Positions 38,251-52,090 of a stretch of DNA of 64,000 nucleotides are shown one piece after another; position 1 is the stretch's first letter, and the number at the start of each line of letters is the position of its first letter. The notes beneath the pieces were generated by a model, which was not told the DNA's origin, did no database searches, and worked only from the letters and a program-made list of their open reading frames with translations. The DNA is taken from contig NC_087251.1 in NCBI RefSeq assembly GCF_037042905.1, forward strand, positions 35,838,001-35,902,000, given 5' to 3'. The translations under genes were made by a program, and so were the position numbers. Source of the DNA: Lytechinus pictus (Eukaryota).

Positions 38251-38966
38251 TTGTTTTAAAAGTGGAACAAACAATTCAAATTCAATTCAATAATTTTGCA
38301 AAATATGAGCCTATCAACTATTGATCAAACAGAATTACATGCAATATTTATTGTGATTCATTTTTGTACCGACAGTTGTTGGGTTTATAAATAATTTTGA
38401 ACGAATTTGGGGTAGGTTAAACAAACTCTGAGATTGCCGAAATGAATGAATAGATAAATGAATAAAATAGATAAATAAATAAATGAATAAATAAATAAGA
38501 ATTGATAAAAATTAATAAATAAACAAACAAATGAATAAATACTTTTTGCATTCCTTATTCTGCATCTTAAATAATTATTATAAATTAGCTTTACAGCATA
38601 AAATGAGCTTGTTTTAAAAGTGGAACAAACAATTCAAATTCAATTCAATAATTTTGCAAAATATGAGCCTATCAACTATTGATCAAACAAAATTACATGC
38701 AATATTTATTGTGATTTATTTTTTTACCGACAGTTGTTGGGCTTATAAATAATTTTGAACGAATTTGGGGTAGGTTAAACAAACTCTGAGATTGCTGAAA
38801 TGAATGAATAGATAAATGAAATAAATAAATAAATTAATTAATGAATAGATAAATAAAAATTAATAAAAATTAATAAATAAACAAACAAATGAATAAATAC
38901 TTTTTGCAATCCTTATTCTGCATCTTAAATAATTATTATAAATTAGCTTTACAGCATAATATGAGC
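38251..38966. repeat. 358-bp tandem duplication (two copies)
   Basis: ttgttttaaaagtggaacaaac... starts at 38251 and 38609; copies nearly identical except for the internal (AAAT)n tract. Confidence 0.92.
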
Positions 38967-39244
38967 TTGTTGGATCAGCGCATTTTGAGCATAGATAATA
39001 CTTTCGCCACAATAATGACGTCATAACATTCTGATATTGCCCAAATAGATATTAACTCAAATCAAACCCTTAATTTCGATTCAATCAAATACACGTTTGT
39101 AAAAAGATACAATCAATAAGATTATCGCACACAGATTCCAGCAAATATTAAAAAACAGTATACTATGCTGCCTAGTTAATGAAGGGGAAATGTGGTTTAC
39201 CACATAGGCCTATAGGGACGGGTTTTACCCGATCGTGTACTTAA

Positions 39245-40176
39245 GGACGTTCCACAGTTAAAGTGAAATCCATGTCATTTTCACCAAACTTTGCACATAG
39301 ATACTTTAGAACCTTAATATTCGAAATATGCAAAAATTAACATAGGTCCATGTGCTTGATTTTTTGCTATAGAGCTTCAAAGTTCACCCAAATTGATGTT
39401 CTTAAGAATTGCGCATTCAAAAGAATTTGGCATTTTTAGACCGCCCAAGATTACTACAATGAGTTTAAACCTCCATTACTCATTCAAAATACATGAAAAA
39501 GTCATCAAATTTCGCAAAAGAGTTAATAATTGTATCGTTAGAATGGATAATCTATTAATAGTGCTATTTGTTTGCAATTTTAAGTTTAACAGCACTGTCA
39601 GTTTTTAAAAATGGCGTAAAAGATAACGAAATCCCAATCTAAAAAATGTAAAATTTCAGTAACAAACTACAAACGTACAATAAATGCTGCACTTTATTCA
39701 AAATCCATGTCATTTTTACCAAAATTTGCAGAGTTGTAGAGGAAGGTATACCTAAGAGGTACAAACATTAAAAAATAGGGGTTCATGTGCTTGTTTTTAA
39801 ACTATCAGCATTTTTATTAGAGCAAATGTGCTTTTTAAAACACCAAAAATGGGCCGAATGCTTAGTATCTATGTGAAGAAAAAATCAAAACCACTCTACC
39901 ATTTATTCAAACTCGGGGTAATATTCGTGATTCTTGGCAGCACTGCAGAGTAAAGTATTTTGAAATTGTAGAGAATATTTTTTTGAATGGTCCATGGAAT
40001 AATTCAATTTTTTAGCTTCATGAAATAACGCATCGGATCTGCAGTTAAAGTGCAGAAGATGAGAAAAATCAGCTCATACCCGCAGCTGTTCACCTGTTCA
40101 TCCATTGTGACGTCAGCGCGCAGAGTGTAAACTGTGCGCAGATCATAATGCGCACAAATATAACTGTGGAACGTCC
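39245..40176 (+). mobile_element. TTAA-flanked (Kolobok-like) non-autonomous element, copy 1
   Basis: TTAA|ggacgttccacagtta...taactgtggaacgtcc|TTAA. Confidence 0.92.
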
Positions 40177-40180
40177 TTAA

Positions 40181-41095
40181 GGACGTTCCACAGTTTGCGC
40201 ATATTTTACACTCTGCGCGCTGACGTCACAATGGATGAACAGGTGATTAATTAGCTGTGGGTATGAACTGATTTTTTTCATCATCTGCACTCTAACTTCA
40301 GATCCGATGCGTTAGTTTATGAAGCTAAAAAACTTTAATTATTCCATGGACCATTAAAAAAAAACATCTCTACAATTTTAAATACTTTACTCTGCAGTGC
40401 TGCCAAAAATTACGAATATGACCCCGAGTTTGAATAAATGGTAGAGTGGTTTTGATTTTTTCTTCTCATAGATACAAAGCATTTGGCGCATTTTTGGTGT
40501 TTTAAAAAGCACATTTGCTCTAATGAAAATGCTGATAGTTTGAAAACAAGCACATGAAGCCCTATTTTTTAATGTTTGCACCTCTTAGGTATACCTTCCT
40601 CTACAACTTTGCAAATTTTGGTGAAAATGACATGGATTTTGAATAAAGTGCAGCATTTATTGTACTTTTGTAGTTTGTTATTGAAATTTCACTTTTTTGA
40701 GATTGGGTTTTTGTTATGTTTTACGCCATTTTTAAAAACTGACAGTGCTGTTAGACTTAAAATTGCAAACAAATAGCACTATAAATAGATTCTCCATTCT
40801 AACGCTACACTTATTAACTCTCTTGCGAAATTTGATGAATTTTTCATGTATTTTGACTGAGTAATAGAGGTTTAAACTCATTGTAGTGATCTTGCGAGGT
40901 CTAAAAATGCCAAATTATTTTGAATGCGCAATCCGTAAGAACATTCATTCGGGTGAACTTTGAAGCTCCATAGCAAAAAATCAAGCACATGGACCTATGT
41001 TAAATTTTGCATATTTCGAATATTCAGGTTCTAAAGTATCTATGTGCAAAGTTTGGTGAAAATGACATGGATTTCATTTTAACTGTGGAACGTCC
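40181..41095 (-). mobile_element. Same element, copy 2, inverted
   Basis: TTAA|ggacgttccacagtt...aactgtggaacgtcc|TTAA; body is the reverse complement of copy 1 with scattered substitutions. Confidence 0.92.
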
Positions 41096-41099
41096 TTAA

Positions 41100-41700
41100 A
41101 GGAGAATCCAACCCAAATAAAAACTTGTTTTTATAAGGAAAATAAAAATCAGACAAGTTGATAGGTGGAAGTTTGAACAATATTTGACAAACAACAAGAA
41201 AGTTATGAATTTTTAAAAGTTGTAAATATTGGTAATCACTATACCCATGGAGACTTCATATTGGCCGCATATGGGATGTCATAGTGATGTAAAGGCAAGG
41301 ACTACTCTTCCATGTACTCCAATGCATATTATGGCTAAAATTTCATTTTTCCCAAAATTTTTATTTTTAAATTATATTTTTCTTTTATGAGGACATTTAT
41401 AAAACAATATACTGCCTGGGTTATATTTAGATTACTGCCCCAGGGGAATGGGTACTTAGGAGAAAACCACAAATCCCTGATTATAAAGTACATGGCCTAT
41501 GGGAAAGTTGTCCTTGCCCCTTGTCATAATTTACTTACCCAATTGCCAATTTGAAATCTACATAGTATTAGTGATCTCAATTTTAAAACAGCTATAATTT
41601 TCTTATTGCTTGTCCGATTACTTTCAAACTTTCACCATTCTCTTTAATTTATTTTTCTCCTTCCCAACACAACATTGTACGGCCAGGGCTGGATTCCCCT
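41100..41700. mobile_element. TTAA-flanked (Kolobok-like) MITE, different family
   Basis: TTAA|aggagaatccaaccc...gggctggattcccct|TTAA. Confidence 0.88.
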
Positions 41701-41847
41701 TTAATGAAGATGATCATACGGGGAAGATCGAGATGCTCTTATAATGTAAATGATTTTGACATTTAACAAGTCCAAATATCTGTTAGGAAATATGGTGCCG
41801 CGATCTACCCAGGTTAGTATGATATAATATTAGCATATAATTCATAA

Positions 41848-42815
41848 GGTTTATTTCCAATTCGTCCAATTGCCAACTCGTCTACTATCATTATTTTAGT
41901 CTATCATCGGTTCGTCCACTCACCACATGGTCTACTTTCAATTAGTCTAATAACCAGTTGGTCCCATACCCATTTGGTCTAATTGGATTATTAAAGGGAT
42001 GGTCCGGGCTGAAAATATTTATATCTTAATACATATAGAGTAGAATTCACTGAGCAAAATGCCGAAAATTTCATCAAAATCGGATAACAAATAATAAAGT
42101 TATTGAAGTTTAAAGTTTAGCAATATTTTTTTAAAACAGTCGTCATGAATATTCATTAGGTGGGCTGATGATATCACATCTCCACTTTCCGTTTTCTTAT
42201 GTTATTACATAAAATCATAATTTTTTTCATTATTTCATACTTGTGTGAATAATATGTCTCCCTTATAATGAAATAAGTTGCAGCAATAAATATCTAATGC
42301 ACTAAATCAGTTGTCAATCCAATTTTCTAGTTCTTGGAGGAAAAAATTTGAATAAACCTAATTTCATATAATAAAATACAAAAGAACAAGTGGAGATGTG
42401 ACATCATCAGCACACCTAATGAATATTCATGACGACTGTTTTCACAAAATATTGCTTAACTTTAAAATTCAATAACTTTTTTATTTGTTATCTGATTTTG
42501 ATGAAATTTCGGCATTTTGCTCAGTGAATTCTACTCTATTTATTAAGCTATACATACTCTCAAGCCGGACCATCCCTTTAAGTGTTAAATTGTGCAAAAT
42601 GAATGAAAATGAAATGGATATTAGACCAACTGGTTATGAGACGAAAATGGTAATAGAAGAAATATTGATTAGACGAAGTGATGATTGGACCAAATGGTTA
42701 ATGGACCAAATGGTTGATAGACGAAATGTTGATGGACGGAATGGCACTAGACTAAATGAAAGTAGAGCATGTGGGGAGTGGACGAGTTGGCAGTAGACGA
42801 ATTGGCAATTTACCA
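41848..42815. mobile_element. Fold-back repeat element (ccaa/ttggtc/gtagac units) interrupted by a MITE
   Basis: ggtttatttccaattcgtccaattgccaactcgtctact at left versus agtggacgagttggcagtagacgaattggcaatttacc at right; related copies at ~2700-3630, ~9365-10020 and ~13988-14790. Confidence 0.7.
41995..42577. mobile_element. TTAA-flanked MITE with ~190-bp inverted arms
   Basis: TTAA|agggatggtccgg...ccggaccatccct|TTAA; arm atagagtagaattcactgagcaaaatgccgaaa mirrored at the right end. Confidence 0.9.
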
Positions 42816-44024
42816 TTTACAATGTATACAAAAGTATTCCGCTTACAACGAAATAATAATAGTATATGTGATTTCTATAAAGGCGCCAAATCCATTCAAA
42901 TCGTGATCATATGGGGATCATGCCCAAGGTGCACAGGTGAAAAGAGAGAACCAAAAAAATATCGAATTGCATTAAGAAGAGTAATAGTTAATTCTAAACG
43001 AAGAAGACTAAGTTCTTTGTCAATTTTGTTGTCAGCCGACTTTGTGAGAAAATATTTGATCCTGAGCATTCAAGTGAAAACCTTTGCAATGCAGGCTTTT
43101 GTCGACCTCGGAAATGAATCTACCCGATGTTCGATAGCTTTGGCATGTTAGGCGTTGTGTGCGATACCGTCACACCCACGTGACCGTTCCCAACAGACCG
43201 ACGGAATGTTATTGGAAATAATGTAATAGCCTTGCTCGGTCTGGGGTCTTTTCATCCAGTGTGACTAAAGCAGTACGGGTTGATGGTAGGATCATTAATG
43301 CGTCTAATATTAGTTGGATTTTGTCGTGATCTTGACACGAAGATGATAAATATTTAGCATGGTTCTTTTAGTACGGTACATATTTGGAAGGGTCCTGAAT
43401 GCCATGAGAAACATTTCATGGAAAGTGTTTTAACCATGCAGACAATAATACAATAAAACACACAAAACAACAATAATATGATATTTATCGAAGATGATCA
43501 TCACCATAATTCTGTCTATCGCTTTGTATAAGTATACCAAAGAAATATATCAAAGACTATTCTCCATTTAACTAAAATCACACTTCTTAGCTGGTCTCTT
43601 TTTTTCATTTCCCCCCTTTTTAATGCATACATAGATAAACAACTATTCAGGTTCTTTTGAAAGGATTGATTTATCTCTGATGTCTGTTTATTGTTTATTA
43701 CTTGTCATTACCAATTTGCAAGTTTAAGCGCTTTTTATGATTGATTCATATTGATCTTGTGTTTATCTTTTTCTCATTCGTATTATGGAAAAATGGGATA
43801 TAGAAATGAAATAAATCACTAAATTCAAATAATCTAATATTTTGTTTCTGCATAATGATAGATATTTTATACGTTTTATAATTTTTTTGACACGTCGAAC
43901 ATTCTTAATTCAAATTCAACATTCAAATTTGTACGTTCAATATACATAAACATCGTGTAGTTATAATAGAGATGGGCTTTGGGCCCCCTACCCACGAATA
44001 GTATATACGATAGTATATACTGGA

Positions 44025-44630
44025 ACGATAGTATATACTGGTCCAGCTTATTGGAATTCCTTGGATATGACACTTCAGCAACTACAACATTATAATATTT
44101 TCAAACATCACTTGAAAGCAAAGCTTCTTCTTCGATATAAAGAAACAAACTGAAATTGCTATTTATTGGCATGCTCTATTGCATTATTGTCCACAGAGCT
44201 TATTATCCAGAAGTTTCTTAAATTATGTTGGATGGCAGCTGCTTACTTCATTTCTTTTGTTCTTTTATTTCTTCGTTTCTTTCTTTCCTTGTTTTTTGTC
44301 ACGTTTCTGTGTTGTGTTGTTTTTGTGGGTGTAATTTAATTGATAAAATGTTGTCACGTGTATTATTACTAAGAAGTTATATCAAAAGGGATGTATAAAA
44401 AAGGGAACCTTATCTACAAGCATTCTGCTTCTAAGGTTTCCTCCACTTTTCCGTTTTTTTATGTACTTATAAACATGTATTAATATGTAGTGATTAAGAA
44501 TGCTTGCTATTTATACTTATATAGTCTACGTGTGTAATGGTTGCTCAGCTTAGTTATGTCAGTTAAGTTATCAAAGTTTTGTAACATAACGGATTTGTGG
44601 AAATAAAACCTAAATGAAAAAAAAATGAAA
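44025..44630 (+). mobile_element. 5'-truncated CR1/L2(Crack)-like LINE 3' end
   Basis: IVYTGPAYWNSLDMTLQQLQHYNIFKHHLKAKLLLRYKETN*, T-rich 3' UTR, aataaa and (AAATG)-type tail. Confidence 0.75.
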
Positions 44631-47335
44631 TAACAGAGATTAACGTGGTTATAAAACAATAATTATTGTTAGTTCCATGACGCAACCCCTTCTAAAATAA
44701 TATGTTGGAATGTCTAATGAAATATTCTTCTGACTATATAGGCCTACCGTAGAGCATTATCAGGACACTTATAATACAGAATTTGCGAAAATATTTTTTT
44801 TCAAAATCATATCCGTCAAAGAAATCATAATGATTGTGACGAAAAAAAAATTATGACAGTTCATCATTATTATGTGGTAACGAAATCACCATTGCTCTCC
44901 CCTTCTACTCTCCAAAGTGTGCCATGATTATAATACATATACATCTGTGTGTATGGTGTAAGAGTGTGTTTTATTCCGTATTGATCACGGTCAATGAAAT
45001 TAACAAGATTTGTTTCATCTCGGATGAGAGGGACGGGGTCGTAGAGGGGAGGGGTGGGTCCCATGTGGGTACGACCACAACGCAAGTGGGCGTCACCGCG
45101 TCACGTGATCATTGTGTGCGCCGTCGTCATCATGCACTGATTCGCCTTCGATCCCGACAGGCACCAAGGGGGTGGGAACTCGGAAGACAAAGTAAAAGAA
45201 AAGACCAGGGGAAAAGGAAAACAGTGGAAAGAGGAGAGGTATTTGGTGACACGAAGAACGGCAGGTGCCGTGTCGATGGAGGCACAATATCGATCATAAT
45301 TTGCATAATAGAAATCCAATTTTGAGGGCTTCGTTCCCAATCGAGTCGAAATGAAGAGAGTGAATATTGGTACATGTATATGAAGATGTGATTCTATGCA
45401 CTGATATAGAAATGCACTTCATGATGGAGTGTGCGTTTTGCAGATTACGTTAAAACAGTAAAGGAATCCGAAAACTGTATTATCATTACGTTGTTTTGCA
45501 AATATTTAAAGCCCCCCCCCCCCCCCATTGCATTTCATAAAGTAAGGAAAAAGCCAAACATAAGAGTCCTTCACTTTGTGAATTTCAAAGCTTACACCAA
45601 TTCCTGATACACGGTGATTGTTTGATATTTTGTTTGTTTTGTTTTTATATGAAACGAGTGCATCAATAGTAGAAACGGCATCTTTATTCGCATCTGAAAG
45701 CGTTCAATCCTGAAACCTGATTTAGAAAAGAAAATCTTTAACTAATATTTTGTTGATATATATGCAAATGATTTACTGCCATTTGATCGTTCTTCTCGCA
45801 CATTTAGACAAAATTGAAAATCATTACTCAAGTTGTCCCTCATGCACAGGGGCAGGAGGCGACCGACCCTACATTGTATTTTCAATTATGAGGGGGGGGG
45901 GGTGGTTGGCGCCACTGACATATTACGATGGGCATTAAACAATGCATATAGGACATTAAGGAATACGCTTCCTGATTCCATGTGGTATATGAAAATAATA
46001 AATATCGATAATTAGACTAAAGTACTATTCCAATGGACTCAGTATCTAACTTTGTTTGTATTTCTTTTCTTCTATAATTCACTCTATTTCAACTTTAAAT
46101 TTCTTTCTCCATTACATGAAGAAAGATAAGTTTTATACGGATGTTTAGCAACATGAATATTTTGCCATGTTTTATTTGCCATTAATGAACGAAGATTCAA
46201 TTATCATCATTATTGTCATTACCATCGCTAATTAAGTGTTCGGTTATTGGGACCTCCTGTCATTATTTTGATGTACAATGGTAGTCTGCTATAAGAAAAT
46301 GATATACAGTCATGTATAGCAACGCAGCGTCATTGTAGAGATAAAGAGCATATGGCCCGCAGTGTGACGATAGTCGTCGTTGTCATGGTGACGCCGAAAT
46401 ATTGTCATGTTCGGCCCATCTCAACTTCAATCTCCAGCGCGGGATGCTAAAGTGCTCTAGCACAAGAACAGCAGGCAAATAACGACCTTCCTATACGGTG
46501 TGCATATTATAACGATACAATATTTTCAAGTGCAATTTGAAGTATAGTGCCCCATTTTCATTCCATTAAAACTCGAGGAAATATCGATATGAATAATAAC
46601 TGTTTGTTTTCCGACGTCGGTATTTTTCTTTTCTCTATTCGGGACCTGTATTTTTGTTGTTCATCCTCCTCCTTTATCATGTTCCTCTCATCTTCTCGTG
46701 CATATTATTCCATGTTAATATCCTTTGTGTATTTTTATTTTCAAATTATTCATTTACACAGAAAATTATTACATGGCATACATTCATTGGCATGACTGAG
46801 AATAAAATAAGAAGTGTACAAATAAACTATTATTTTCGGGCAAATATTTTGTGACTGTCTGTGGATTTTGATGTATAGGCTTTTGGAAATTATATTCAAA
46901 TTCGACTACAATAAAATCGTTTGTTCTTCTGGAAGGGGTCCAATTAATTTTGCAAACTGTTATCGATTTCACTGTGCTTTATTGAAAATGATCAATTTGT
47001 ATTTTCTACGAAATAATTATGAATGAGCAAGGGAAAAAATGAACAACTCTAATATGCACTTAGAAGAGGGGGTCTTTAAGCTTAATTTGGCAATAAAGAA
47101 ATTAAAATTCAATTGGAGAAGAGAAAGATTGAAAAAAAATGCATCCCATTGTAAAAAAATAATATATGGACTAGTCTATTTAGATTATTCACTGAAGGCA
47201 AAATAGGGCTATACTGCTGCTGCTGATATTTCCCTGTCTTAAATAATGATAAAAGCATGTCTGGAAATCAGAACCATAATGTTGTATTCACGTCACTATA
47301 TACGTCCAACATTTGGCTATAGGGACATGCTCCTC

Positions 47336-47545
47336 CAGTAGCGTACGCAGGACTTTTTAAAAGAGGGGGTTCGACCCTTCGAGTTGAATGACCATTGACA
47401 AACAAAAAAAAAGTTATCACAAAAAAAAATATAAAAAAATAGGTCTTTCGTAAAAAACTAATAATTGACAAGCAAAAAAAAAAATTCTAAAAGATCTGAG
47501 GGGGAGTTGAACCCCTGTAACCCCCCCCCCCTGTGTACGCGCCTG
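47336..47545. mobile_element. hAT-like poly-G/poly-C MITE
   Basis: cagtagcgtacgca...tgtgtacgcgcctg; ctcctc repeated in both flanks; internal ttgacaagcaaaaaa core as in 28004-28206. Confidence 0.7.
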
Positions 47546-48240
47546 CTCCTCCTTGATCCAGTCACACCAACGAAACTGATTCCAATCTGACCGATAATAT
47601 GGCATTCGAAATAAAGAAATAACTTTGATCGGTAGATGGAGTTTGTTTCGGTGATTCGGTGATGTGACTTTTTCACTCGGACACTCAAAGGTGTTGAAGA
47701 TGAGACAAGCTCCCTTTGTGAGAGTCGACTCTTTTTTTTGTGTGTGTTTTCTATTCAATGCTTTCTGAGATATTCTTGTCTCATTGTCTACTATTCAAAC
47801 TCTTTATGGGAGTTTCTTTGTCCCTTTCCCCCATTTGCAGGCGGTTCTTTTCACAAAATGCTTTGATTTAACATGTTTAACGAGGTGCAGGAAATCATTA
47901 TAATCCCGCTTTTGTTCCTAAGTTTCAGGTATTCGTAATCCATGATGAACTTCGACTCCACGATAAACTAGTGACTTATTGTGACTGAGAAGGCCAAGGC
48001 CTTTTGTTATTGAAGATAAGGGTCTATTAAAACCGACACACCGGCTCTTTAATTCAATAAAAATCAAAGAGCGCGCAAATTGAATAGAATGGAGAGATAG
48101 GTGGGCGGTGAGGATGGTAAAATGAGGGTGTTCTTTGAGAAAAAATGTCTTTAAATACGAATACCTGGTCATTCATTTTTCTCCTTGAGTCCCAAACAAT
48201 TTATGAGTATTATTTTGGTTATCATAATTCTTATCCTTAA

Positions 48241-48700
48241 AGGTCAAGTCCACCCCAGGAAAATGCTGACTTGAATAAATAGAGAAAGATCAAACTAGCA
48301 TAGTGCTAAAATTTAATCAAAATCGGATGTAAAATAAGAAAGTTATGACATTTTAAAGTTTCGCTTATTTTTCACAAAACAGTGATATGCACAACTGGGT
48401 GAGTCAGTCGATGATGTCCATCACTCACTATTTATTTTGTTTTTTATTGTTTTGATTATACAATATTTCATTTTTTATAGATTTGACAATGAGGACCAAC
48501 TTGGCTGAATCATAGTCTCCTCATTTGCATACCAGACAGGATGTGCATATATAACTGTTTTATGAACTTAAGCGAAACTTTAAAATGTCATAACTTTCTT
48601 ATTTTACATCCGATTTTGATGAAATGTTCAGTGTTATGCTTGTTGGATTGTTCTCTTTTTATTCAAATCAACTTTTTGTTGGGGTGCATGGACTTGTCCT
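48241..48700. mobile_element. TTAA-flanked (Kolobok-like) MITE
   Basis: TTAA|aggtcaagtcca...tggacttgtcct|TTAA. Confidence 0.88.
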
Positions 48701-50247
48701 TTAAGAGACTTAGATGCACATGGTATATAGCTCCATGCATGAGAGTCGCAGCCATTGACTCTTGGCTTATCTGCATGTATTAATTTGTGTTTATAATTAT
48801 TCATATTGATATTGATCTATGTTATTCATTTATTCATAATGCTCGGCAGAGTCGAACGAGATTTTTTTTCCATAGAGCAGCAAACTAAGCCTATCAAAAT
48901 GCTAAAAATACAAAGGATTTACCAGCGAGGAGCAGAGCGATCGTGCTATTTCTGAGTATTTTTTTTTAAATCATTTTTTTCAATCAAGATTGATGACATA
49001 TTGAATTGCTATGATGTCGAGTTATTTGTTAAACTTCAGGGCGCCTTTGGAAAGCAATTTTGCATAACTGAACATGTCTACTCTGCATTAAAAAAATAAA
49101 GAAAACAAATAAATAAATATAAATATGGAGAAATTAGGTTAAAAATGGTAGTAAAATTAATACAGGTTTTTTTGGGGGGTGTGATGCGTATGGCCGTTAT
49201 TTTAGGGAAATTTAGAGGTTCTAAGTGTGTCCTATTCTGGTTTCTCAATTCTCAGGTATTTTAATTGGATCAATTAAAAATTAAAATGACGACTGAGCAT
49301 AATGTAATGAATGTCGAACGTTTTGAAGGCAATGTCTATTATTTTGCTATACAATATACCTATTTTAAAGAGACCAGCTTCTGCATGGCTCTGGGCACCT
49401 AGTACGGGCATGTTGTTAAAATGTCAGGTCACAGGAGGGAGCGAAATGAGGAAAAATTGTTGAGGGGGCACGAGACGGCGTGTGTAAAAAAAAATCTGAA
49501 AAGTACCGAGTTAGCGAAGAGCCCAAGCTAGCGAAAATGTTGTCCTTTTCAAAATCGGAAAATCTAATGTATAGTAATAGATTTTCACATATTAATACAA
49601 AAAAAAAAAACACCGTATCTTACGCTTTTTCCTTTCCTTATCTTTATTTCTTCCTTTTCGACTTGGTCTTGGTACTTTTTTTTTTGGGGGGGGGGGTGGG
49701 ATGGCCCAAGCCCCCATCTGTAAGCCAGTGCAAGAGGGGCTATCACCTCTACATCACACCCCCGACCCTTCTATCCGAATAGCAGATGTTCTTGACCATG
49801 GGGCTTATTTATCTGCTCAGTCCTAAAGCAATGCTATTGGAAAGATAAGGGTCTGTTATAACCTTTCATGTTACATTGTAGTTCACCGAACTATTGTTAT
49901 CAAGGAAACAATGGGGGTTTGACCTAGGTCAACATCACAGATGTGACTGCTATGTGCTTTATAAATCAAAGTTTGTTTTAAAAAGGGCATGTTTACTAGG
50001 GTTTATTGTTACCGAAAAGAGCCTCCTGGAATGGTTCGATTCCTGTTGAAAGAAACATGCGCGACGTTTTCGTCATTCAGTGTGTTGCTACCACTGAGAT
50101 GAGTGGGTATACAACACATCATTGCATGGAGGCAAGGAGAGGTAAAGAAAAATTACATGTTTAGTGATTGACTGCTTGTGGTACATGCAAGTGCGGACCC
50201 AGAAGGGACGGGGGCCTCATGCCCTTAGTCCCCCGGTTAACAGTTAA

Positions 50248-50460
50248 AGGTCAAGTCCAACCCAGAAAAATTTTGATTTTGATAAATAGAGAAAAATCAA
50301 ACTAGCAAAATGCTGAAAATTAGATCAAAGTCGGATGTAAAATAAGAAAGTTATTACATTTTAAAGTTTCTTATTTTTCACAAAACAGTTATTTTTTATG
50401 CACAACTCAGTGACATGCAAATGAGAGAGACGATGATGTCCATCACTCACTATTTCTTTT
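50248..50460. mobile_element. Truncated left half of the 48241-48700 MITE family
   Basis: TTAA|aggtcaagtccaacccag...gatgatgtccatcactcactattt matches the left arm, then breaks into poly-T. Confidence 0.8.
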
Positions 50461-50547
50461 TTTTTTTTTTTTTTAATTATGCAATAATAAAGCCTTTATC
50501 ATGAGTGGCATAAGTTGGGGTAATAAAGAATACCGCGTAGTATAGTA

Positions 50548-50690
50548 ACAATAAAAATAATAATAATAATGCTGATACTATTACTACTACTACTTCTACT
50601 ACTACTAATGATAATAATAATAATAATAATTATAATAATAATAATAATAATTATAATAATAATAATAATAATAATAATAGTAATAATAAT
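50548..50690. repeat. (AAT)n/(TAC)n microsatellite
   Basis: direct reading. Confidence 0.9.
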
Positions 50691-51689
50691 TTTTTTAAAT
50701 CGGGTATCAAGCTGTTATGAGACCAAAAATGAAGAATTAAATTCCTGTCATAAACACAGTAATAACTGGTTGCATGTCTGGAGATAAACAAGCAACAATT
50801 TAGAGGATTTTGAAACTTTGAAATATTGAGTAATATCACAAATTACAAACTGTCACAGTTAGTGATAATAATAATTAATAAATCCGTCAGATCCAAATTT
50901 AAGAGCGCGTATCATTAATTTTGTTTGGACATCCAAACTCCAATCCTAGAGAAAGTAAGTTAAACGAAATCAACAAAGCTAACACCGAGAACGGAAGAGG
51001 TGAAAATATTTTCATATTACGTCTCCTATATTTTTATTTACATTGTTAATTATTATCCAATTCATTTATGATGTAATTATTCAACATGTTGAAAGGGACG
51101 GAGATGTATTTTCCATGTGGGGTGGGAGCACTAAATAGAATCGAGAATAATGGAATTTTACTGAGGAAAACATATATAAATAACTATTATGCATGAAAAC
51201 AGGGGGACACCACATCTTATTCATGTGCGTTTAGGATTTGAAACATTCCATATATACAAAAGGTGGATAGTGCTTATGGGATTTGACAGCAAATCTCATC
51301 AAAATAGGCCTTTAATGAAAAAAAAAAAATTATGACATGATTTATGGGGCATCTAATTATGACGAGACCCACTCACGACTTAACAAATTTACAACTTTCT
51401 TATTCTTTTATGAATTTTCGTCACACCCACACCAATAGATTTTAACCCCTATTTTTTAATTATTTTTTTTAATATAATAGTTACGTGCGACTCCGGGTTA
51501 CAAAACCATCGGGGAACCGCACGCTTGTGATTTGAACTATCAATATCCAGTATCCATTTTTTGAGGAAAAGATACCCTTTCCAGAATTAATCTATTAATA
51601 TTCTAGACGTACGGTTTTAATGAAGTATTTACCGTTATTTACTTCATTTGGCCAGAATATTGAATGGAAGAAGGGTATTCCCCCGGTTT

Positions 51690-52090
51690 AAAGGTACCGC
51701 GATATCTAGGAGGGCGCGCGAGCGATTTCCTAATTTTTGATTGGTTGCTAAATACGCTATCGGCGGCTCTTCCGTTGTCCATCGCCTATGTTGCACCCCC
51801 TGTCGAATATAATGTATACTCAAATCAAATGTAATAAAAGCCTTTTAAATGTAAAAATTGTGAAATATCATAACATTAAAATTATTTTATATATTTTTCA
51901 ATGACATTATGTTACTTAAGATAATATGAAATGGCAAATATTTGGTTGAATTATGCTCTAATGCAAGGGAGTAAACGCGTAACGTGGCGACCACACGAGG
52001 CTGTGCTAGCGTACCGTGCGACCCGTATGACAATAGATTGCCTCAATACACTGCACGTGTACTCGCTCCGATACCAGCCAGCTGTTCTAC
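51690..52090 (+). promoter_or_regulatory. Probable promoter of an unidentified + strand gene
   Basis: CpG/GC-rich patch (ggagggcgcgcgagcg), inverted CCAAT (ATTGG 51740), E-box CACGTG at ~52054; sits at the switch to CpG-depleted DNA. Confidence 0.55.

Noticed and set aside
39241..48704. piggyBac assignment for the TTAA elements
   Set aside because: Termini begin GG/AGG rather than the CC(C/T) typical of piggyBac
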